64,000 bases of DNA from Rhizomicrobium sp. (GCA_035308485.1 DATGGN010000009.1:6540-70539), one strand, 5' to 3'; positions 18,774 through 28,282 are shown, counted from the stretch's first letter. Made by a program: numbers and translations. Notes: generated from the sequence alone by a model not told the origin.

Positions 18774-21628
18774 AGCTGCGAAATCCTTTGCTTGCTGGCG
18801 CTTTGCTGGCCGTGTGGGTGGGCGCGGCGGCGCTGACGGCAACCGAATCCACAAGCCTGTTCGCCTTCACACCCTACACGCTGGCGCGCGCGCCGAAATG
18901 CACGGTTCGTTCGACCACCACTGGGGCGTCCTGCCCCGACGCCACGACAGCGCTCAACAACGCGGCGAACACGGCCGTTTCACTGGGCGTCACCCTCACC
19001 ATCGATGGCATGTACGCCGTTGCGCAATCGCCGGGATTTGCCATTCCCTCCGGCCTTACCGTGGAATTCCGTCCCGGCGCCTGTATCGTCCAGCAATTCA
19101 CGCCTGGGAATACGAACGGCGTCATCGGCAACGCGAACTATACCGTCCAGGTCAGCAACGTCACCGCGTACAACATGCGGGTGTGCGGCGATCCAAGTCA
19201 TAGTCTTGGAGGAAGCGCCTACCGGCTGAACGTTGCAAATTCCGTGTTCTTCTACCCGACTGTAGATCATACTGGCGCGCCAACAGGCGGCCGCGCATAC
19301 ACGATTGTCGCGCAGAATTCGCAGTTCATATTCCCGACCTTCTATGATCCGTATCCCAAGACAGGGAACGGAGCTTTCCGTTTCGAGGGATGCACCGACA
19401 GCCAGGTCATCGGCGGCTATGGCGTTTCCGGCGACGGGACATGGCAGTTCTCGCCTCCGATCAACGGCACCGTCCCGAATCAAAGTATTGTTCGCTGCTA
19501 TTTCGACAATGTAGGAGGCGAATCCCTGGACGGCGAATTTTTCTCCGCCCAGCTGCACATCGAAGGCGCCAGCGAAAACCAGCTCGGCAGCCTCTGGCCG
19601 ACCAATACCGCTGGCGTGAGCACGGGATACACCGCCAACACAGTTCACGATTGCGACCATTCCATCAGCGGCACGGTCACGCCGTGTCAGATCGAAGTCC
19701 TTCAGGTCAGCGGCGGGGCGATCACGCAGGCGGCTGTGGTCACGCCCGGGGCATACACCTTCGGCGGCTCGCTGCCGAGCACTATGCATCTGGACGGCGA
19801 CAGCAGTGCAACGTTCAATGTCCAGTGGGTCAATGCGTGGCAGGGAACGAACTGCATCATCGATTCAGGGATTAGCGGCGCGCCGGGGCAGGCAATCTCG
19901 GGGCGCGGACTTGCGATCGGCAACGAAGGTTCGAACGGCGCGCAATGCCTCGGTCGCCCCGCGATCGACGGGTTGACCATCGCCAACCTGACCATCGACG
20001 ATTCGCAGGACCAGCAATCGTCGCAGGTGATTTCAATCAGTGCCTCGGATTACGCGCATCCGATCGGCAAGGTCACGTTCAACAGCATCAGCGTTCCCGA
20101 CCCGTTCAGCGCCTGCGTCGATATCTCCGGGCCGGTGGCGGGAGCCATATTCAACGATCTTTCCTGCGGCAGGTCGCATCAGGGGCTGGTCGGTTATCTG
20201 TCCGCCACGGCAGCACCGAACGCAACGAGCGCGACACTGGCGGCCGGGCCGTGCAATCTCATCAAGAGCGGCGATATCGTCGGCATCCTGCTCGACAACG
20301 ACTACCAGGCCAACGGGGCCAATGCGAATAAGGTCCAGAACGTAACACCGAGCTCGAATTGCTCGGCCGGGTCGATTTCTCTCGGCACCGGCCTTCTCGG
20401 CCGCGCCTCGGCGGGGCTGGCTGCCGTCTATGACTACAGCGAACAGGTGTACAATCTGACCGCTGCCGCAAGCGGTTCTCCCGCCACGATCACGCTGCAA
20501 GCGGTCGGGCAGGTCAACGCGACGGATCAGTACATCCTTGTCTGCAATGACGGCACCTCCGTTTCCGGATCGGTCGCCAGCGTCAACAAGACCACCAACC
20601 AGGTCACGCTCGCCAACGCGTGTACGAGCGGGGCGAATGCCGGCAATCAGTTTGCGGACCGCACTGTCAACAGCGCCCATGCCGTCGTGACGACCGAGGG
20701 CGTCCGCGGCGCCACGTTCAATGATTTCATCGGCTATGGGGCCGATGCGTCGATCTTTTCGCTCGGCGGGCTGAATGGCTCTCCAGTCCCGAGCTCCGAC
20801 GTCATCATCAACAACCCGACGCTGCGCGATGTCGCGAACGCATCCACGGGAATCAACTATTCCAATTGCGCGCATTGCCCGTGGACCGGCGGGACGATTT
20901 ACGCCACGGCCGGGTCCGCCGGGACGAACGCCGCCTCCTATTCGACGACAATTCCCACAGGAACGGACAATCTTGCGGTTGCCATGACCGCCATGGCGGG
21001 CAACAGTACGATCCAGACCGAAAATCCCGGCCTGTTCGCCTACGCCAAGCCGTTCTATGCCAAAATCGATTCGGAGATCGTGTACGTCCAGAGAGGCATG
21101 GGTACGCCGAACTGGACGGTCAATCGCGCCTTGCTCGGCACGTCCCTGTCTTCGCATTCCGTAGGCGCCGCCATCACGATTGCACAATCAGGCGTGACGG
21201 ACAGCCCCATGGCGCTCGTCGACGTCGGCGACCTCGGCTATACGGATCCTGCCAACGCCATCGGCCATTATCAGCCCGGGCAGGGGAACGATCCGCAATC
21301 GCTGCTCGGCGTCAACTGGCAGCGCACCGGCATCAACCAGGGCTCGTCTTCCGGCACGGTCGCCTTCACCGATGAATTCCCGCAGATCAACTGGACCGGA
21401 ACCGGCGCGATCACGGGCGTGACGTTCTCGACCTCCATGCCGCCCTTCAAGACGAATTGCCAGCGCTGGTACAACAAGAACAACACCGGCACCGTGGCGA
21501 TTTCGAACGGCACCGGAATCCACAATACCGGCGCATCCTCCTTCAACCTGACGCAAGGCGGCTACGCCGGCTACTGCCTCGATCCGACGCTGCAGGCCCT
21601 CTACCAGGAATTCGGCAGCGCGAACTAG
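18770..21628 (+). CDS. Tail-spike/pectate-lyase-like beta-helix protein with N-terminal signal peptide
   Basis: DATTALNNA motif, N/G/T-rich beta-helix-like repeats, MKLRNPLLAGALLAVWVGAAA N-terminus, 20 Cys. Confidence 0.7.
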   Translation: MKLRNPLLAGALLAVWVGAAALTATESTSLFAFTPYTLARAPKCTVRSTTTGASCPDATTALNNAANTAVSLGVTLTIDGMYAVAQSPGFAIPSGLTVEFRPGACIVQQFTPGNTNGVIGNANYTVQVSNVTAYNMRVCGDPSHSLGGSAYRLNVANSVFFYPTVDHTGAPTGGRAYTIVAQNSQFIFPTFYDPYPKTGNGAFRFEGCTDSQVIGGYGVSGDGTWQFSPPINGTVPNQSIVRCYFDNVGGESLDGEFFSAQLHIEGASENQLGSLWPTNTAGVSTGYTANTVHDCDHSISGTVTPCQIEVLQVSGGAITQAAVVTPGAYTFGGSLPSTMHLDGDSSATFNVQWVNAWQGTNCIIDSGISGAPGQAISGRGLAIGNEGSNGAQCLGRPAIDGLTIANLTIDDSQDQQSSQVISISASDYAHPIGKVTFNSISVPDPFSACVDISGPVAGAIFNDLSCGRSHQGLVGYLSATAAPNATSATLAAGPCNLIKSGDIVGILLDNDYQANGANANKVQNVTPSSNCSAGSISLGTGLLGRASAGLAAVYDYSEQVYNLTAAASGSPATITLQAVGQVNATDQYILVCNDGTSVSGSVASVNKTTNQVTLANACTSGANAGNQFADRTVNSAHAVVTTEGVRGATFNDFIGYGADASIFSLGGLNGSPVPSSDVIINNPTLRDVANASTGINYSNCAHCPWTGGTIYATAGSAGTNAASYSTTIPTGTDNLAVAMTAMAGNSTIQTENPGLFAYAKPFYAKIDSEIVYVQRGMGTPNWTVNRALLGTSLSSHSVGAAITIAQSGVTDSPMALVDVGDLGYTDPANAIGHYQPGQGNDPQSLLGVNWQRTGINQGSSSGTVAFTDEFPQINWTGTGAITGVTFSTSMPPFKTNCQRWYNKNNTGTVAISNGTGIHNTGASSFNLTQGGYAGYCLDPTLQALYQEFGSAN

Positions 21629-21663
21629 CGCTGAATCTCACCCTTCCCACGGAGTATCCCCGC

Positions 21664-22311
21664 ATGAAACGCTGGTTTCTCGCCGCGCTCTTTTGCCTTG
21701 TGCCGTTCGGTGCAATGGCACAAACGACAAAGGCGCAATACACCAACGGCGACGGCTCGACTTCGCCCGGGGTGACGATCTCATGCCCCGATCCGAACAA
21801 TGCAGGAAAGACAATCGCCTGTCCCGGCTCCGGCGGCACCGTCACGGCCAATCAGGGGAATCCGAATGCGGGGGGCGTGCTGTCGTGGCCCATGATGCTG
21901 TTTGACAGCATCGGCAACGCGATTTCGTCCACAATCGTCAACAGCCTTAATTCCCTGAACGTGAACATCAGCGGCGTCAATGGCGTTGTTGTGGACCCCA
22001 CCCAGCCGTCGCGTGTGTACGATTCCTATACCGGCGTAAATCTGAACGCGAATGCGACGACGGTCATCTACACAGGAACCGGGACACTCGAAACGGTCTG
22101 CATCAACAAGAAAGGTGCATCGGCCAACACGCTGCAATTCTTCGACAACACGGCGGGCAGCGGCACGACGATTACGGGCCAGATTGACACGACGGCCGGA
22201 ACGCCTCCGTTTTGCGCGAAATACAGCTATCAGTTCAATACCGGACTAACGGCCGTGATGGCGACTGGAACTGCGGCTGACGTTTCCATAACGTACATCA
22301 CAAAGCAATGA
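21664..22311 (+). CDS. Secreted-type phage hypothetical protein
   Basis: SD GGAG; MKRWFLAALFCLVPFGAMA/Q signal; 4 Cys in mature part. Confidence 0.75.
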   Translation: MKRWFLAALFCLVPFGAMAQTTKAQYTNGDGSTSPGVTISCPDPNNAGKTIACPGSGGTVTANQGNPNAGGVLSWPMMLFDSIGNAISSTIVNSLNSLNVNISGVNGVVVDPTQPSRVYDSYTGVNLNANATTVIYTGTGTLETVCINKKGASANTLQFFDNTAGSGTTITGQIDTTAGTPPFCAKYSYQFNTGLTAVMATGTAADVSITYITKQ

Positions 22312-23168
22312 TGCGGCCCATTCGCCTCGCAGCCTTAACGGCGGCTTTGTGCGTATGCTCTACGCTCGTCTTGGCGGGTCAGTTGCGCCCCTACCACGAA
22401 GGCTGGACGCCATATCAGCTTTCCCCGTCCGCATGGTGGAGCGCGCGCGATTACACCTACCGGATGACCGACGATGGCGGCGGACTGATTTCCAGCTGGA
22501 GGGGCAGGATTGCCGGGCTCGCCGTCACGGCCACCACAACGGCTCGCGGAACGTGGAGCAACACGGCTTTCCCCGGAGGCTTCCCGGGCATCACGTTTGA
22601 CGGCGCAGCAAATACCTACGTCGCCACAACGCTGACGACGCTTCCGACCGGATCGGCGGCGGGAGCGATCATGATGGTCGCGTACTCCGCCATCTCAAGC
22701 GGGGCCACAGCGATTGAGTACGGCGGCACACAAAACGGCACAGCGATAGATCGAAAGCTCGCCCTTTCGAGCGTCGGCAAATCGTTCGCGACGGACGGCG
22801 CAACAAACACGCAAGTCAGCAATACCGCGCTCGCGAGCGGCGACGGCGGCCACATCATCTATGGTGATTGGTCCGGTACGTCCATGAATGCCTATCTCGA
22901 CGGAACGCCAAACCCGTCGATCCCGACCACTATTGCAACGCTTGCGACAGGTACGGCGCGCATCCGCATAGGCGCCAACAACGGCGGTTCCGCGAGTGGC
23001 TTCTGGAGCGGCGTCATTTCCGAAGTGATTATCCTCCCCACCATTCCCACAACCGACCAGCGTCAGCGCCTGGAAGCGTACTTCGCATGGGAGTACGGCC
23101 TTCGCAGCAAACTCCCTCTCACCAACCCCTATTGCAACATCACACGTTGCTACCAGCCCGCACGATGA
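22308..23168 (+). CDS. LamG/concanavalin-like lectin-fold protein with signal peptide
   Basis: AWWSA.D, FDG, G.ISEVII and QRLEAY..W.YG motifs; MMRPIRLAALTAALCVCSTLVLA N-terminus. Confidence 0.75.
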   Translation: MMRPIRLAALTAALCVCSTLVLAGQLRPYHEGWTPYQLSPSAWWSARDYTYRMTDDGGGLISSWRGRIAGLAVTATTTARGTWSNTAFPGGFPGITFDGAANTYVATTLTTLPTGSAAGAIMMVAYSAISSGATAIEYGGTQNGTAIDRKLALSSVGKSFATDGATNTQVSNTALASGDGGHIIYGDWSGTSMNAYLDGTPNPSIPTTIATLATGTARIRIGANNGGSASGFWSGVISEVIILPTIPTTDQRQRLEAYFAWEYGLRSKLPLTNPYCNITRCYQPAR

Positions 23169-24490
23169 AAAAATATCTGCTCGCCCTTTTGCTTCTCGCG
23201 CCAGTTGCGGCTCATGCCGCAGGATGGTCGTTTTTCGGGCAGAAAAACACGCCGTCTTGTTGTGCGGTCACGGTCGTCGGGACAAGCGAGCGCATCCCCG
23301 AATACACGCACCAGATGACGGGCACCGACCAGCACATGACGTGCGGCTGGCCGACCTATCTGCCTCATGCGACATCGGAACTGACCGCGAGCTTCTACAA
23401 TTTCTACGTTGGGACCCAGTCACCTACCGGGCAGACAATCCGCATCGTGCAGGCTAACATCATCGGGGGCGGCACCACTTCCGGCACCGGAACGGCGTAT
23501 GTGCCTTGGACATTTGGCGGCTCGCGCTCCGTGTCCATGGCATGGAACGCCGCCGACGTACACACCGATACGATTTATCCGTATCAGATGGGCCTTACAG
23601 GCGGCGTGTTCCCGGCTGGGCTGTACTGGCTGCGAACAGTCATTGACGTTGGGCAGGTCGGGGGCGTGCTGCCAACCGGTTACTACATGTCTGCAAGCGG
23701 AGAATTTTCGTACACCTACGATCCGAACTCAGTGGCCGATCCCGCCATCGACACGACGGCGGCTCTCAACAATACCGCAGGAATGCACTTCTTCGGCTAC
23801 TGTTACGCGCCTGTTCTTCTCGGGCGGTTTACGGCGGCGCAGAGCGTTTACGCCATTCTTGGTGATAGTTGGACCACCGGGACAGGCGATGTTCCGCCTA
23901 CGGCTCCGACCTATGCGTACAGCTTCCCCCAGCGGGGGATGTTCGACAACAGCAATAATCCGTTTTATGCCAGTCTCGACATGGGAGTTGGAGGGCAAGA
24001 CGGCGCTACCTTTCTGTTGAACACGCCGCAGATGATCGCGCGCCGCGCTTACCTGAGGTACGAAAACAAGGGGTTTGAAGAGTACGGGATCGTCTGCATT
24101 CTCAACGGCTGCACACTCGCCAGCCTGGAATCAACAGAACTTCAAATTTGGGCCACCATGCGTTCGGCAGGAATAACCTGCATTACGCGAAGCCGCACCG
24201 GGCCACGTACACATTCAACAAACAATTGGGACGACGAGACCAACCAAACCTATTGGAACTCGAACTTCGGTCCCGGTGGAGAAGTCTCCCAATACGATAC
24301 GTGGCTGGTGAGTCAGCTGGGACAACCGACCGGAGTTAACTCGTTAATGGCCACGACGCCATTTCAAGGCGTCGATCCATTCAAGTGGATCACGAACGGT
24401 ACAGACTTCTACGGCACGCCGGACGGCGAGCATCCGAGTCTGACAACGGCGCTTGGTATCGGGCCGACGTTTCAAGCGGCTTTGTGCTGA
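23165..24490 (+). CDS. SGNH/GDSL-like esterase with signal peptide
   Basis: GDSWT nucleophile block, DGEHP block; MKKYLLALLLLAPVAAHA/A signal. Confidence 0.78.
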   Translation: MKKYLLALLLLAPVAAHAAGWSFFGQKNTPSCCAVTVVGTSERIPEYTHQMTGTDQHMTCGWPTYLPHATSELTASFYNFYVGTQSPTGQTIRIVQANIIGGGTTSGTGTAYVPWTFGGSRSVSMAWNAADVHTDTIYPYQMGLTGGVFPAGLYWLRTVIDVGQVGGVLPTGYYMSASGEFSYTYDPNSVADPAIDTTAALNNTAGMHFFGYCYAPVLLGRFTAAQSVYAILGDSWTTGTGDVPPTAPTYAYSFPQRGMFDNSNNPFYASLDMGVGGQDGATFLLNTPQMIARRAYLRYENKGFEEYGIVCILNGCTLASLESTELQIWATMRSAGITCITRSRTGPRTHSTNNWDDETNQTYWNSNFGPGGEVSQYDTWLVSQLGQPTGVNSLMATTPFQGVDPFKWITNGTDFYGTPDGEHPSLTTALGIGPTFQAALC

Positions 24491-24508
24491 CTATGGCGAC
24501 TACAATCT

Positions 24509-24958
24509 TTAATCGCCGCCGAAGAAATAGCGCCGGTAAGCCGTAATCCAATCGTGTGACATAGCCTGCTGCGCATCGTGCAGCAGAAGCCGATGATCAC
24601 AGACCATCTTGTGCAGATGGTTTTCGAGCCGATCTTTTGTTCCTGCACCCCAAGGTGCTGAACGCGGTTCCGGCCATAGATTGCGCGGATCGTGTGGCGA
24701 ACCGCCGATCTCTAGCGGGATCAGGTGATCTTCTTCGAAGTCTCGCATGTGATCGGCCATGTCAGTGCGCGCCATCTGTCGATGCTTTAAGGCCGATGTG
24801 TAGTGCGATGGCGGCCTGACACTCTTCGCGTAGCCCTTTACGCAAATTGTACGATCAATGTTTTCCTGCGTAACTGCCGGATCAATTGCGCCTGGGGTGA
24901 TTGCTGCATCGGGCAATCGTCCTGCCAAAGATGCAGCAAATAGCAGCGCAATAATCAT
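24509..24958 (-). CDS. Exported HNH-family nuclease-like moron
   Basis: EEDHLIPLEIGG..NLWPEP..KDRLEN.LH..VC; short hydrophobic N-terminus; SD GAGG/GGGG. Confidence 0.75.
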   Translation of the reverse strand: MIIALLFAASLAGRLPDAAITPGAIDPAVTQENIDRTICVKGYAKSVRPPSHYTSALKHRQMARTDMADHMRDFEEDHLIPLEIGGSPHDPRNLWPEPRSAPWGAGTKDRLENHLHKMVCDHRLLLHDAQQAMSHDWITAYRRYFFGGD

Positions 24959-24998
24959 CCCCCTTTCCTCCCACAATCCCCCTTACCGGGCAAGACGG

Positions 24999-25556
24999 AT
25001 GGCCGGAATGATCGATTGGAACTTCATCCGCTCGCTCGAAAACGCCCACGGCGTCGATGCCTTGAAGGGCTACGTCCCCAATTCCGGCAAGAGCGGGGTA
25101 ACGATAGCGACGGGCTGCGATCTGGGCTGGATCACGCCCCGGGCCATGGCGCAGCTTCCGATCACGCTGCAGGCCGCGTTGAAGCCCTATATAGGCGCAG
25201 TCGGCCAGGTAGCGGAAGCCGTGCTTGCCCGCGCTCCGCTAACGATATCCGAACCCGATGCCGATGCCATCGACCGGGTGACATTCGGGGATGATACCGC
25301 AGCGATCTCAAGCGCCTACACGCGGGATTCGGGAACGTCGTTTCTTTCGCTTCCGGATCGCGCGCAGACGGTGATCTGTTCGCTCGCTTTTCAATACGGG
25401 ACCAACCTCGCGCGCAGGACCCCGCGCTTCTGGCATTTCGTTTGCGTGCGCGACTGGAACGAAACGGTCGATGACCTCCGCCATTTCGGCGATGCGTACG
25501 ACACCCGCCACAACAGGGAAGCCGATTACCTAGCGCCGCTGTGTGGGGGACACTGA
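24999..25556 (+). CDS. Endolysin, pesticin C-terminal-like muramidase
   Basis: IDWNFI..LE, GYVP, SGVTIATG.DLG, SLAFQYG and R.NREADYL motifs. Confidence 0.85.
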   Translation: MAGMIDWNFIRSLENAHGVDALKGYVPNSGKSGVTIATGCDLGWITPRAMAQLPITLQAALKPYIGAVGQVAEAVLARAPLTISEPDADAIDRVTFGDDTAAISSAYTRDSGTSFLSLPDRAQTVICSLAFQYGTNLARRTPRFWHFVCVRDWNETVDDLRHFGDAYDTRHNREADYLAPLCGGH

Positions 25557-25572
25557 AGGGAAGTTTTGCCGA

Positions 25573-25818
25573 ATGTCGAAGAAATTAACGCCATCACAAA
25601 AGCTGGCGGCAATCTCGCGCATCTATGAGACGCGCCGCAAGGTGAAGGTACAAGGTCACACGCTCACAGAAAGCACGCACGCCTATTATAACCTTGAAGG
25701 CGCGATCATTGACATCACGGTTAGCAAGGGAAAGTGCGACCGCGTTTGCTTGAAAACGCTAAAGCGTGTTGCCAAGCAGCTAGCAGAAATTGGCAAGGTT
25801 CTCGAAGACCGCGCCTGA
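25573..25818 (+). CDS. Hypothetical protein
   Basis: Compact basic ORF, more AT-rich than neighbours. Confidence 0.5.
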   Translation: MSKKLTPSQKLAAISRIYETRRKVKVQGHTLTESTHAYYNLEGAIIDITVSKGKCDRVCLKTLKRVAKQLAEIGKVLEDRA

Positions 25819-25819
25819 C

Positions 25820-25990
25820 ATGCGTATCCTCGTTCTCGCCCTTCTGGCGCTGAATTGCTGTGCAAATGTGAGGCCGGAAGCCGGACTGTGCGATGTACCG
25901 GCGCTATTGCCGATGCGATCCGTGCCTGCCCCTGTACCATGGCACATAACGGACGGATGCTGGTTTGTCGGGATAACGGCGAAGGTGTGA
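25820..25990 (+). CDS. Small exported/lipoprotein-like protein (possible spanin component)
   Basis: MRILVLALLALNCC N-terminus, Pro-rich; lipobox imperfect. Confidence 0.35.
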   Translation: MRILVLALLALNCCANVRPEAGLCDVPALLPMRSVPAPVPWHITDGCWFVGITAKV

Positions 25991-26227
25991 GGACTGTTGC
26001 GGCGGTTGCCCCCTGGTTCTCAAATCAGGACACCCGACCGCCCTACAGTCTGGCGCACCCGCAGTGGCGCGCCGCCGGACGCTGAGTGGCAGAAGTGAGG
26101 GCCTGAGCCGCCCGACGCGCCCCTGACATACCACACGGCCCCTGAAACTCAACGCCATTCCGCGCCCCTCGCGCGTGATCCGCCGCCGGACGGAATCCGG
26201 CAAACCCCGCATGAAAGGAGAATCCTC

Positions 26228-26452
26228 ATGCACGTCGATAGCACTTCGGATAAGCGCACCGTCAATAACACCATGCGCCATCAGTACCGCGTCTTGAATG
26301 ACGCGGAGAAGGCCAACATGGAGAAGATCAAAGACTTGGGGCTCGCATTCCACGATTTCATCGAAGGAATTGGCCAGAGCCGCGAAATCTCGCTCGCAAA
26401 GACCAAGATTGAGGAAGCGGTCATGTGGGCCGTGAAGCATATCACGAAATGA
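26228..26452 (+). CDS. Acb2/Tad1-like helical-hairpin protein (putative immune-signal sponge)
   Basis: YRVL.D.EK..M.KIK..G..F and SRE.SLAKTKIEEAVMWA motifs; strong SD. Confidence 0.72.
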   Translation: MHVDSTSDKRTVNNTMRHQYRVLNDAEKANMEKIKDLGLAFHDFIEGIGQSREISLAKTKIEEAVMWAVKHITK

Positions 26453-26718
26453 GCGCGTCGAGCCAGTGTCATCACCCTGATTTGCACTTCGATCTGCATC
26501 ATCAGGGGTTTCACGACACGAACATTCATTATCTCGAAATCAAAGCGCGTTGTACGGTGTGCGGAGTGCCTATGAAGTTTCGCGGCTGTCCGCTAGGCGT
26601 CACGCCCGCACACCCGACAATGGCTTTGGACGGGTCAGAAATTCGAGTGCCGTTTACCGGCGAAAACGAAGAGTACGACGGGAAGTCCATTGGCTTTGTC
26701 GGAAAACAAGTAGCCTAG
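26449..26718 (+). CDS. Small Zn-binding hypothetical protein
   Basis: CHH..CxxC; ATGA-coupled to Acb2-like gene. Confidence 0.65.
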   Translation: MSASSQCHHPDLHFDLHHQGFHDTNIHYLEIKARCTVCGVPMKFRGCPLGVTPAHPTMALDGSEIRVPFTGENEEYDGKSIGFVGKQVA

Positions 26719-26785
26719 ATTAGCCGCGAACAACCCATCGATGCGGCGATACCGCCGGCATCAAACCCCGCAATAGGAGCATACA

Positions 26786-27118
26786 ATGAGCATTCTCACC
26801 TATTTCGAAAGCCTCGGCGTCGACCTCGCTGCGGAAGCCGCGAAAGTCGGGATCGAACTCGAGCATCTTGGCCAGAAAGAGATTGGCACTGCCGTTGCCG
26901 ATTTCGATTCGCTAGCCAAAGTCGGCATTCCCTTCGCCGTGCAGGCGATCAAGGATCAGATACCGCAGGTGATCTCCGGCAAGGAAAAGTTCTCTGCCGC
27001 CGTCACTGTGGTGTGGGAGAAATTGCAGGCGCAGTTCGGCCCGGTCGTCCAGCAGGACGTCGAATCCATCGTGCAGGATACCTGGAACGGGCTGAAGTCG
27101 ATCGCGAGCAACCTCTAA
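26786..27118 (+). CDS. Lysis-region hypothetical protein (LL-H holin-like C-terminal pattern)
   Basis: SD AGGAG; GKEKF..A..IVQ pattern. Confidence 0.5.
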   Translation: MSILTYFESLGVDLAAEAAKVGIELEHLGQKEIGTAVADFDSLAKVGIPFAVQAIKDQIPQVISGKEKFSAAVTVVWEKLQAQFGPVVQQDVESIVQDTWNGLKSIASNL

Positions 27119-27249
27119 TCCCAACGGCTGGCCTAACCAGCCCGACAGCGCGCGGGAGTTGTCCCCTAACCCCCTTCGGCTTCCGCGCGGACTGTCTATC
27201 AAGCAGCTTGGTCGACACTTTGTCGGTCGAGCCTCCCAAAGGTGTTGAA

Positions 27250-27750
27250 ATGCACAATGTCGATATCACGCCCATCTGGCAGATCGCAGACCAGACCATC
27301 GTTCAAGTCGCCACCGTGGCTATCCCGATTGTCGGGGCTTGGTTCGCTTGGCTGCTCCAACGCTATGCACCGAAATTCATCCCGGCATGGCTGGAATCGA
27401 AAGCGAGCGCCGATCTAAACACCGCCCTGCAAAACGGCGTCAGCATCGCGCTCAACAAGGCGCAGGCGTGGGAATCGGTTCATTCCAATGTGCAGGTGCA
27501 GGGCCAGGTAACCGCGTGGGCGGCGCAATATGCAGCCGATCATGCGGGGGATGCGATCGCACGCTTCGGCCTCTCGCCCGACCAGCTCGCGACAAAGGCG
27601 CTGGCCTTCATTCCAAAGCCGCCTGTTCCAGCGGCGCGCGTGACGTTGCCGGACGGAACGGCTGTCACCATCGGCAAGCCGTCGAATGTCGCCATTGCCG
27701 ACGAAGCGGCCGAGACGGCGGCGCTCAACCGGCAGCAAGCCGCGAAGTGA
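27250..27750 (+). CDS. Holin-like membrane protein
   Basis: N-terminal TM helix; LNTAL.NG..AAQY..DAIARFGL motif; lysis-region position. Confidence 0.55.
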   Translation: MHNVDITPIWQIADQTIVQVATVAIPIVGAWFAWLLQRYAPKFIPAWLESKASADLNTALQNGVSIALNKAQAWESVHSNVQVQGQVTAWAAQYAADHAGDAIARFGLSPDQLATKALAFIPKPPVPAARVTLPDGTAVTIGKPSNVAIADEAAETAALNRQQAAK

Positions 27751-27845
27751 CCCGCGAGCGCGCCCGTACCATCGCACGCACGGCATGGGCTGCAATCGTA
27801 ATTCTAGGCTTTGGGGCGATAGGACTCGCCATTGCGTGTTCTTGA
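27747..27845 (+). CDS. Small single-TM peptide
   Basis: GTGA overlap; basic N-terminus then hydrophobic helix. Confidence 0.35.
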   Translation: MTRERARTIARTAWAAIVILGFGAIGLAIACS

Positions 27846-27874
27846 AACAACCCGTGTAAAAGTTGGGGAGAATA

Positions 27875-28282
27875 ATGGCGGACGAACTTTCAGCAGTCCA
27901 AGATTTTCAGGCCGTGACGCTTCCTTTGCACCGCGATCTCGGCCGCATCGAAGGGAAACTGTCGGCCGTTGAAGGTCGGCTTGGCGCCATGGAAGCCCGC
28001 GTTCTCCGCAATGAGACCATCACGGAGGAAGGTTTCCGTCTGGCGGCCAACGAGCGGGAAAAGAGCGCGGAAGTGATCGAAACCAAGGTCGACAACATCG
28101 AAAAGACGCTGGGCGACAAGATCGACGGAGTACAGAAAGCCGTTGCCGACATGGCCCTGAAACAGGCTGCAAAAGACGGACGATCCAGCGGCGGCCAGAG
28201 AATGTTGTGGACTGTTGGATCAATCGCTTTTGCTGGCGGAACGCTGCTTGCCAGCATCATGCAGATATTCTGGCACCACTGA
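27875..28282 (+). CDS. Coiled-coil protein with C-terminal TM (XhlA-like lysis accessory)
   Basis: SD GGGGAG; LGRIEGKL heptads; C-terminal hydrophobic helix. Confidence 0.65.
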   Translation: MADELSAVQDFQAVTLPLHRDLGRIEGKLSAVEGRLGAMEARVLRNETITEEGFRLAANEREKSAEVIETKVDNIEKTLGDKIDGVQKAVADMALKQAAKDGRSSGGQRMLWTVGSIAFAGGTLLASIMQIFWHH

